Positions 52,861 to 64,000 of a DNA stretch of 64,000 nt are shown piece by piece (the first letter of the stretch is position 1; each line of letters opens with the position of its first letter). Location: positions 4,402,001-4,466,000 of the forward strand of contig JBPQGU010000016.1 of assembly GCA_051362555.1 (NCBI GenBank), in the 5' to 3' direction. The notes beneath the pieces are model-generated. The model was not told the origin of the DNA. It saw only the letters and a program-made list of their open reading frames with translations, and did not search any database. The stretch is from Lingula anatina. Its lineage: Eukaryota; Animalia; Brachiopoda. Made by a program: the position numbers and the translations under genes.

Positions 52861-55800
52861 GTTTTTGCTCTATTTCTTCCATAATGTTGACACCACCACT
52901 CTTCCCGCATTTTATGCTTACTACAAATGACCAAACACACCAACCTGACACTATAATGAAAAAAAAAATTTTTTTCATCCCTACCTGGCCAAAATTGAAG
53001 AAATCTCACATGGCTGGCAATTATGAAAATCACTCAAAATAAAAAAAAAATGTCATGAAAATCATCTATCACACCTATCATTCATAAAAAATGTGGAAAT
53101 ACGCCCGGGTCACTTCATCAAGGCCCCCCAATTCTATCTTTAAAAATGATCCAAAAATAAGCTCCGAGATCTGAATTGGAGAGTGGGGGAGACAGAGTTA
53201 TTGTTCTATGTCTTCCTTAATGTTGACACCACCACTCTTCCAGCACTTTATTCTTACTACATATGACCGAACACACCTACCTGACACTATGATGAAGAAA
53301 AAAAATTTTCATCCCTACCTGGCCAAAATTGAAGAAATCTCACAGTGCCGGCACTGTTCAAAATCACTCAAAATCACCAAAAATCGACCCGTCTCCGATT
53401 TTTCCAAAAAGTGACGAAAATCAATCTACCACACCTGTCATTCATAAAAAATGTGGAAACGCGCCCGGGTCACTTCATCAAGGCCGACAATTCTAGCTTT
53501 AAAGATGATCCGAAAATAAGCTCTGAGAACAGAATCTGAGAGGGGGGGGGAGACAGAGTTTTTTCTCTATTTCTTCCTTAATGTTGACACCACCACTCTT
53601 CCAGCACTTTATTCTTACTACAAATGACCGAACACACCTACCTGACACTATAATGAAGAAAAAGATTTTCATCCCTACATGGCCAAAATTGAAGAAATCT
53701 CACAGTGCGGGCACTGTTCAAAATCACTCAAAATCACCAAAAATCGACCCGTCTCCGATTTTTCCAAAAAGTGACGAAAATCAATCTACCACACCTGTCA
53801 TTCATAAAAAATGTGGAAACGCGCCCAGGTCACTTCATCAAGGCCCCCAATTCTAGCTTTAAAGATGATCCAAAAATAAGCTCTTAGAACAGAATCTGGT
53901 GGGGGGGGGGAGACAGAGTTTTTGCTCTATTTCTTCCTTAATGTTGACACCACCAGTCTTCCAGCACTTTATTCTTACTACAAATGACCGAACACACCTA
54001 CCTGACACTATAATAAAGAAAAAAAATTTTCATCCCTACCTGGCCAAAATTGAAGAAATCTCACAGTGCCGGCACTGTTCAAAATCGCTCAAAATCACCA
54101 AAAATCAACCCGTCTCCGATTTTTCCAAAAAGTGACGAAAATCAATCTACCACACCTGTCATTCATAAAAAATGTGGAAACGTGCCCGGGTCACTTCATC
54201 AAGGCCCCCAATTCTAGCTTTAAAGATGATCCAAAAATAAGCTCTGAGAACAGAATCTGAGAGGGGGGGGGGAGACAGAGTTTTTGCTCTATTTCTTCCT
54301 TAATGTTGACACCAATACTCTTCCAGCACTTTATTCTTACTACATATGACCGAACACACCTACCTGACACTATAATGAAGAAAAAAAATTTTCATCCCTA
54401 CCTGGCCAAAATTGAAGAAATCTCACAGTGCCGGCACTGTTCAAAATCACTCAAAATCACCAAAAATCGACCCGTCTCCGATTTTTCCAAAAAGTGACGA
54501 AAATCAATCTACCACACCTGTCATTCATAAAAAATGTGGAAACGCGCCCGGGTCACTTCATCAAGGCCCCCAATTCTAGCTTTAAAGATGATCCGAAAAT
54601 AAGCTCTGAGAACAGAATCTGAGAGGGGGGGGGAGACAGAGTTTTTGCTCTATTTCTTCCTTAATGTTGACAACACCACTCTTCCAGCACTTTATTCTTA
54701 CTACAAATGACCGAACACATCTACCTGACGCTATAATGAAGAAAAAAATTTTCATCCCTACCTGGCCAAAATTGAAGAAATCTCACAGTGCCGGCACTGC
54801 TCAAAATCACTCAAAATCACCAAAAATCGACCCGTCTCTACGATTTTTCCAAAAAGTGACGAAAATCAATCTACCACACCTGTAATTCATAAAAAATGTG
54901 GAAACGCGCCCGGGTCACTTCATCAAGGCCCCTAATTCTAGCTTTAAAGATGATCCAAAAATAAGCTCTGAGAATAGAATCTGAGAGGGGGGGGGGGGGG
55001 AAGACAGAGTTTTTGCTCTATTTCTTCCTTAATGTTGATATCACCACTCTTCCAGCACTTTATTCTTACTACAAATGACCGAACACACCTACCTGACACT
55101 ATAATGAAGAAAAAATTTTTTCATCCCTACCTGGCCAAAATTGAAGAAATCTCACAGTGCCGGCACTGTTCAAAATCACCAAAAATCGACCCGTCTCCGA
55201 TTTTTCCAAAAAGTGACGAAAATCAATCTACCACACCTGTCATTCATAAAAAATGAGGAAAAGCGCCCGGGTCACTTCATCAAGGTCCCCAATTCTAGCT
55301 TTAAAGATGATCCAAAAATAAGCTCTGAGAACAGAATTTGAGAGGGGGGGGGAGACAGAGTTTTTGCTCTATTTCTTCCTTAATGTTGATATCACCACTC
55401 TTCCAGCACTTTATTTTTACTACAAATGACCGAACACACCTACCTGACACTATGATGAAGAAAAAAAAATTTCATCCCTACCTGGCCAAAATTGAAGAAA
55501 TCTCACAGTGCCGGCACTGTTCAAAATCACTCAAAATCACCAAAAATCGACCCGTCTCCGATTTTTCCAAAAAGTGACGAAAATCAATCTACCACACCTG
55601 TCATTCATAAAAAATGTGGAAACGCGCCCGGGTCACTTCATCAAGGCCCCCAATTCTAGCTTTAAAGATGATCCAAAAATAAGCTCTAAGAACAGAATCT
55701 GAGAGGGGGGGGAGACAGAGTTTTTGCTCTATTTCTTCCTTAATGTTGACAACACCACTCTTCCAGCACTTTATTCTTACTACAAATGACCGAACACACC

Positions 55801-58800
55801 TACCTGACACTATAATGAAGAAAAAAAATTTTCATCCCTACCTGGCCAAAATTGAAGAAATCTCACAGTGCCGGCACTGTTCAAAATCACTCAAAATCAC
55901 CAAAAATCAACCCGTCTCCGATTTTTCCAAAAAGTGACGAAAATCAATCTACCACACCTGGCATTCATAAAAAATGTGGAAACGCGCCCGGGTCACTTCA
56001 TCAAGGCCCCCAATTCTAGCTTTAAAGATGATCCAAAAATAAGCTCTGAGAACAGAATCTGAGAGGGGGGGGGAGACAGAGTTTTTGCTCTGTTTCTTCC
56101 TTTATGTTGACACCACCACTCTTCCAGCACTTTATTCTTACTACAAATGACCGAACACACCTACCTGACACTATAATGAAGAAAAAAAATTTTCATCCCT
56201 ACCTGGCCAAAATTGAAGAAATCTCACAATGCCGGCACTGTTCAAAATCACTCAAAATCACCAAAAATCGACCCGTCTCCGATTTTTCCAAAAAGTGACG
56301 AAAATCAATCTACCACACCTGTCATTCATAAAAAATGTGGAAACGCGCCCGGGTCACTTCATCAAGGCCCCTAATTCTAGCTTTAAAGATGATCCAAAAA
56401 TAAGCTCTGAGAACAGAATCTGAGAGGGGGGGGGGGACAGAGTTTTTGCTCTATTTCTTCCTTAATGTTGACAACACCACTCTTCCAGCACTTTATTCTT
56501 ACTACAAATGACCGAACACACCTACCTGACACTATAATGAAGAAAAAAAATTTTCATCCCTACCTGGCCAAAATTGAAGAAATCTCACAGTGCCGGCACT
56601 GTTCAAAATCACTCAAAATCACCAAAAATCAACCCGTCTCCGATTTTTCCAAAAAGTGACGAAAATCAATCTACCACACCTGTCATTCATAAAAAATGTG
56701 GAAACGCGCCCGGGTCACTTCATCAAGGCCCCCAATTCTAGCTTTAAAGATGATCCAAAAATAAGCTCTGAGATCAGGATCTCAGAGGGGGGGGGGGGGG
56801 GGGGGGCAGACAGAGTTTTTGCTCTATTTCTTCCTTAATGTTGACACCACCACTCTTCCAGCACTTTATTCTTACTACAAATGACGGAACACACCTACCT
56901 GACACTATAATGAAGAAAAAAAATTTTCATCCCTACCTGGCCAAAATTGAAGAAATCTCACAGTGCCGGCACTGTTCAAAATCACTCAAAATCACCAAAA
57001 ATCGACCCGTCTCCGATTTTTCCAAAAAGTGACGAAAATCAATCTACCACACCTGTCATTCATAAAAAATGTGGAAACGCGCCCGGGTCACTTCATCAAG
57101 GCCCCCAATTCTAGCTTCAAAGATGAACCAAAAATAAGCTCTAAGAACAGAATCTGAGAGGGGGGGGGGGGGGGGAAGACAGAGTTTTTGCTCTATTTCT
57201 TCCTTAATGTTGACACCACCACTCTTCCACCACTTTATTCTTACTACAAATGACCGAACACACCTACCTGACACTATAATGAAGAAAAAAAATTTTCATC
57301 CCTACCTGGCCAAAATTGAAGAAATCTCACAGTGCCGGCACTGTTCAAAATCACTCAAAATCACCAAAAATCAACCCGTCTCCGATTTTTCCAAAAAGTG
57401 ACGAAAATCAATCTACCACACCTGTCATTCATAAAAAATGTGGAAACGTGCCCGGGTCACTTCATCAAGGCCCCCAATTCTAGCTTTAAAGATGATCCAA
57501 AAATAAGCTCTGAGAACAGAATCTGAGGGGGGGGGGTGGAAGACAGAGTTTTTGCTCTATTTCTTCCTTAATATTGACACCACCACTCTTCCAGCACTTT
57601 ATTCTTACTACAAATGACCGAAAACACCTACCTGACACTATAATGAAGAAAAAAAATTTTCACTCCTACCTGGCCAAAATTGAAGAAATCTCACAGTGCC
57701 GGCACTGTTCAAAATCACTCAAAATCACCAAAAATCGACCCGTCTCCGATTTTTCCAAAAAGTGACGAAAATCAATCTACCACACCTGTCATTCATAAAA
57801 AATGTGGAAACGTGCCCGGGTCACTTCATCAAGGCCCCCAATTCTAGCTTTAAAGATTATCCAAAAATAAGCTCTGAGAACAGAATCTGAGAGGGGGGGG
57901 GGGGGGAAGACAGAGTTTTTGCTCTATTTCTTCCTTTATGTTGACACCACCACTCTTCCAGCACTTTATTCTTACTACAAATGACCGAACACACCTACCT
58001 GACACTATAATGAAGAAAAAAAATTTTCATCCCTACCTGGCCAAAATTGAAGAAATCTCACAGTGCCGGCACTGTTCAAAATCACTCAAAATCACCAAAA
58101 ATCGACCCGTCTCCGATTTTTCCAAAAAGTGACGAAAATCAATCTACCAAACCTGTCATTCATAAAAAATGTGGAATCGCGCCCGGGTCACTTCATCAAG
58201 GCCCCCAATTCTAGCTTTAAAGATGATCCAAAAATAAGCTCTGAGAACAGAATCTGAGAGGGGGGGGGGGGGGAAGACAGAGTTTATGCTCTATTTCTTC
58301 CTTAATGTTGACACCACCACTCTTCCAGCACTTTATTCTTACTACAAATGACCGAACACACCTACCTGACACTATAATGAAGAAAAAAAATTTTCATCCC
58401 TACCTGGCCAAAATTGAAGAAATCTCACAGTGCCGGCACTGTTCAAAATCACTCAAAATCACCAAAAATCGACCCGTCTCCGATTTTTCCAAAAAGTGAC
58501 GAAAATCAATCTACCACACCTGTCATTCATAAAACATGTGGAAACGTGCCCGGGTCACTTCATCAAGGCCCCCAATTCTAGCTTTAAAGATGATCCAAAA
58601 ATAAGCTCTGAGAACAGAATCTGAGAGGGGGGGGGAAGACAGAGTTTTTGCTCTATTTCTTCCTTAATGTTGACACCACCACTCTTCCAGCACTTTATTC
58701 TTACTACAAATGACCGAACACACCTACCTGACACTATAATGAAGAAAAAAAATTTTCACTCCTACCTGGCCAAAATTGAAGAAATCTCACAGTGCCGGCA

Positions 58801-61800
58801 CTGTTCAAAATCACTCAAAATCACCAAAAATCGACCCGTCTCCGATTTTTCCAAAAAGTGACGAAAATCAATCTACCACACCTGTCATTCATAAAAAATG
58901 TGGAAACGTGCCCGGGTCACTTCATCAAGGCCCCCAATTCTAGCTTTAAAGATGATCCAAAAATAAGCTCTGAGAACAGAATCTGAGAGGGGGGGGGGGG
59001 GGAAGACAGAGTTTTTGCTCTATTTCTTCCTTTATGTTGACACCACCACTCTTCCAGCACTTTATTCTTACTACAAATGACCGAACACACCTACCTGACA
59101 CTATAATGAAGAAAAAAAATTTTCATCCCTACCTGGCCAAAATTGAAGAAATCTCACAGTGCCGGCACTGTTCAAAATCACTCAAAATCACCAAAAATCG
59201 ACCCGTCTCCGATTTTTCCAAAAAGTGACGAAAATCAATCTACCAAACCTGTCATTCATAAAAAATGTGGAATCGCGCCCGGGTCACTTCATCAAGGCCC
59301 CCAATTCTAGCTTTAAAGATGATCCAAAAATAAGCTCTGAGAACAGAATCTGAGAGGGGGGGGGGGAAGACAGAGTTTATGCTCTATTTCTTCCTTAATG
59401 TTGACACCACCACTCTTCCAGCACTTTATTCTTACTACAAATGACCGAACACACCTACCTGACACTATAATGAAGAAAAAAAATTTTCATCCCTACCTGG
59501 CCAAAATTGAAGAAATCTCACAGTGCCGGCACTGTTCAAAATCACTCAAAATCACCAAAAATCGACCCGTCTCCGATTTTTCCAAAAAGTGACGAAAATC
59601 AATCTACCACACCTGTCATTCATAAAACATGTGGAAACGTGCCCGGGTCACTTCATCAAGGCCCCCAATTCTAGCTTTAAAGATGATCCAAAAATAAGCT
59701 CTGAGAACAGAATCTGAGAGGGGGGGGGAAGACAGAGTTTTTGCTCTATTTCTTCCTTAATGTTGACACCACCACTCTTCCAGCACTTTATTCTTACTAC
59801 AAATGACCGAACACACCTACCTGACACTATAATGAAGAAAAAAAATTTTCACTCCTACCTGGCCAAAATTGAAGAAATCTCACAGTGCCGGCACTGTTCA
59901 AAATCACTCAAAATCACCAAAAATCGACCCGTCTCCGATTTTTCCAAAAAGTGACGAAAATCAATCTACCACACCTGTCATTCATAAAAAATGTGGAAAC
60001 GCGCCCGGGTCACTTCATCAAGGCCCCCAATTCTAGCTTTAAAGATGATCCAAAAATAAGCTCTGAGAACAGAATCTGAGAGGGGGGGGGGACAGAGTTT
60101 TTGCTCTATTTCTTCCTTGATGTTGACACCACCACTCTTCCAGCACTTTATTCTTACTACAAATGACCGAACACACCTACCTGACACTATAATGAAGAAA
60201 AAAAATTTTCATCCCTACCTGGCCAAAATTTAAGAAATCTCACAGTGCCGGCACTGTTCAAAATCACTCAAAATCACCAAAAATCGACCCGTCTCCGATT
60301 TTTCCAAAAAGTGACGAAAATCAATCTACCACACCTGTCATTCATAAAAAATGTGGAAACGCGCCCGGGTCACTTCATCAAGGCCCCCAATTCTAGCTTT
60401 AAAGATGATCCAAAAATAAGCTCTGAGAACAGAATCTGAGAGGGGGGGGGGGGAAGACAGAGTTTTTGCTCTATTTCTTCCTTAATGTTGACACCATCAC
60501 TCTTCCAGCACTTTATTCATACTACAAATGACCGAACACACCTACCTGACACTATAATGAAGAAAAAAAATTTTCATCCCTACCTGGCCAAAATTGAAGA
60601 AATCTCACAGTGCCGGCACTGTTCAAAATCACTTAAAATCACCAAAAATCGACCCGTCTCCGATTTTTCCAAAAAGTGACGAAAATCAATCTACCACACC
60701 TGTCATTCATAAAAAATGTGGAAACGCGCCCGGGTCACTTCATCAAGGCCCCCAATTCTAGCTTTAAAGATGATCCAAAAATAAGCTCTGAGAACAGAAT
60801 CTGAGAGGGGGGGGGGGGACAGAGTTTTTGCTCTATTTCTTCCTTAATGTTGACACCACCACTCTTCCAGCACTTTATTCTTACTACAAATGACCGAACA
60901 CACCTACCTGACACTATAATGAAGAAAAAAAAATTTCATCCCTACCTGGCCAAAATTGAAGAAATCTCACAGTGCCGGCACTGTTCAAAATCACTCAAAA
61001 TCACCAAAAATCAACCCGTCTCCGATTTTTCCAAAAAGTGACGAAAATCAATCTACCACACCTGTCATTCATAAAAAATGTGGAAACGCGCCCGGGTCAC
61101 TTCATCAAGGCCCCCAATTCTAGCTTTAAAGATGATCCAAAAATAAGCTCTGAGAACAGAATCTGAGAGGGGGGGGGGGGAAAGACAGAGTTTTTGCTCT
61201 ATTTCTTCCTTAATGTTGACACCACCACTCTTCCAGCACTTTATTCTTACTACAAATGACCGAACACACCTACCTGACACTATAATGAAGAAAAAAAATT
61301 TTCATCCCTACCTGGCCAAAATTGAAGAAATCTCACAGTGCCGGCACTGTTCAAAATCACTCAAAATCACAAAAAATCGACCCGTCTCCGATTTTTCCAA
61401 AAAGTGACGAAAATCAATCTACCACACCTGTCATTCATAAAAAATGTGGAAACGCGCCCGGGTCACTTCATCAAGGCCCCCAATTCTAGCTTTAAAGATG
61501 ATCCAAAAATAAGCTCTGAGAACAGAATCTGAGAGGGGGGGGGGGGACAGAGTTTTTGCTCTATTTCTTCCTTAATGTTGACACCACCACTCTTCCAGCA
61601 CTTTATTCTTACTACAAATGACCGAACACACCTACCTGACACTATAATGAAGAAAAAAATTTTTCATCCCTACCTGGCCAAAATTGAAGAAATCTCACAG
61701 TGCCGGCACTGTTCAAAATCACTCAAAATCACCAAAAATCGACCCGTCTCCGATTTTTCCAAAAAGTGACGAAAATCAATCTACCACACCTGTCATTCAT

Positions 61801-64000
61801 AAAAAATGTGGAAACGCGCCCGGGTCACTTCATCAAGGCCCCCAATTCTAGCTTTAAAGATGATCCAAAAATAAGCTCTGAGAACAGAATCTGAGAGGGG
61901 GGGGGGACAGAGTTTTTGCTCTATTTCTTCCTTAATGTTGACACCACCACTCTTCCAGCACTTTATTCTTACTACAAATGACCGAACACACCTACCTGAC
62001 ACTATAATGAAGAAAAAAAATTTTCATCTCTACCTGGCCAAAATTGAAGAAATCTCACAGTGCTGGCACTGTTCAAAATCACTCAAAATCACCAAAAATC
62101 GACCCGTCTCCGATTTTTCTAAAAAGTGACGAAAATCAATCGACCACACCTGTCATTCATAAAAAATGTGGAAACGCGCCCAGGTCACTTCATCAAGGCC
62201 CCCAATTCTAGCTTTAAAGATGATCCAAAAATAAGCTCTGAGAACAGAATCTGAGAGGGGGGGGGACAGAGTTTTTGCTCTATTTCTTCCTTAATGTTGA
62301 CACCACCACTCTTCCAGCACTTTATTCTTACTACAAATGACCGAACACACCTACCTGACACTATGATGAAGAAAAAAAATTTTCATCCCTACCTGGCCAA
62401 AATTGAAGAAATCTCACAGTGCCGGCACTGTTCAAAATCACACAAAATCACCAAAATTCGACCCGTCTCCGATTTTTCCAAAAAGTGACGAAAATCAATC
62501 TACCACACCTGTCATTCATAAAAAATGTGGAAACGCGCCCGGGTCACTTCATCAAGGCCCCCAATTCTAGCTTTAAAGATGATCCAAAAATAAGCTCTGA
62601 GAACAGAATCTGAGAGGGGGGGGGGAAGACAGAGTTTTTGCTCTATTTCTTCCTTAATGTTGACACCACCACTCTTCCAGCACTTTATTCTTACTACAAA
62701 TGACCGAACACACCTACCTGACACTATAATGAAGAAAAAAAATTTTCATCCCTACCTGGCCAAAATTGAAGAAATCTCACAGTGCCGGCACTGTTCAAAA
62801 TCACTCAAAATCACCAAAAATCGACCCGTCTCCGATTTTTCCAAAAAGTGACGAAAATCAATCTACCACACCTGTCATTCATAAAAAATGTGGAAACGCG
62901 CCCGGGTCACTTCATCAAGGCCCCCAATTCTAGCTTTAAAGATGATCCAAAAATAAGCTCTGAGATCAGGATCTCAGAGGGGGGGGGGGGGGAGAGACAG
63001 AGTTTTTGCTCTATTTCTTCCTTAATGTTGACACCACCACTCTTCCAGCACTTTATTCTTACTACAAATGACCGAACACACCTACCTGACACTATAATGA
63101 AGAAAAAAAATTTTCATCCCTACCTGGCCAAAATTGAAGAAATCTCACAGTGCCGGCACTGTTCAAAATCACTCAAAATCACCAAAAATCGACCCGTCTC
63201 CGATTTTTCCAAAAAGTGACGAAAATCAATCTACCACACCTGTCATTCATAAAAAATGTGGAATCGCGCCCGGGTCACTTCATCAAGGCCCCCAATTCTA
63301 GCTTTAAAGATGATCCAAAAATAAGCTCTGAGAACAGAATCTGAGAGGGGGGGGGGAAGACAGAGTTTTTGCTCTATTTCTTCCTTAATGTTGACACCAC
63401 CACTCTTCCAGCACTTTATTCTTACTACAAATGACCGAACACACCTACCTGACACTATAATGAAGAAAAAAAATTTTCATCCCTACCTGGCCAAAATTGA
63501 AGAAATCTCACAGTGCCGGCACTGTTCAAAATCACTTAAAATCACCAAAAATCGACCCGTCTCCGATTTTTCCAAAAAGTGACGAAAATCAATCGACCAC
63601 ACCTGTCATTCATAAAAAATGTGGAAACGCGCCCGGGTCACTTCATCAAGGCCCCCAATTCTAGCTTTAAAGATGATCCAAAAATAAGCTCTGAGAACAG
63701 AATCTGAGAGGGGGGGGGGGACAGAGTTTTTGCTCTATTTCTTCCTTAATGTTGACACCACCACTCTTCCAGCACTTTATTCTTACTACAAATGACCGAA
63801 CACACCTACCTGACACTATAATGAAGAAAAAAATTTTCATCCCTACCTGGCCAAAATTGAAGAAATCTCACAGTGCCGGCACTGTTCAAAATCACTCAAA
63901 ATCACCAAAAATCGACCCGTCTCCGATTTTTCCAAAAAGTGACGAAAATCAATCTACCACACCTGTCATTCATAAAAAATGTGGAAACGCGCCCGGGTCA
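52861..64000 (+). repeat. Same ~362-bp satellite, ~31 copies (right array; continues beyond window end)
   Basis: Same monomer and orientation as the left array. The first monomer (52861-53200) is strongly diverged, the next several carry more substitutions than left-array monomers, and identity rises further in. Confidence 0.99.

Noticed and set aside
77-63582. Hundreds of 60-70 aa ORFs (MPALFK..., MLTPPL..., MSGRCV...) as a tandem gene family
   Set aside because: They overlap in several frames and both strands, some rely on GTG starts, and they are freely broken by homopolymer indels and stops. They are by-products of the satellite.

Overview
Animal (probably marine invertebrate) heterochromatin with no intact protein-coding gene. 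About two thirds of the window is one head-to-tail ~362-bp satellite: about 89 monomers at 1-32338 and about 31 at 52861-64000, in the same orientation. The hundreds of 60-70 aa ORFs in the track are artefacts of this repeat. A ~20.5-kb island of decayed mobile DNA (32339-52860) separates the arrays. It holds a CR1/L2-type LINE 3' fragment, a 1666-bp Tc1-derived foldback made of two transposase 3' halves, an intron-split Kolobok-type transposase relic, two convergent DIRS/Ngaro tyrosine-recombinase retrotransposon relics, HINE/MITE fragments, a 34-bp minisatellite and an IS3EU-like foldback MITE with a 6-bp TSD. The notable signals are structural: asymmetric array junctions, dyad symmetries in the monomer (one apparently perfected by template switching), local higher-order repeats and SNP domains, and a pair of inward-facing promoter-like modules sharing a 30-bp motif around a possible spliced micro-ORF. 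I cannot support a new enzymatic system here. Family assignments come from motif recognition by eye, not database searches.
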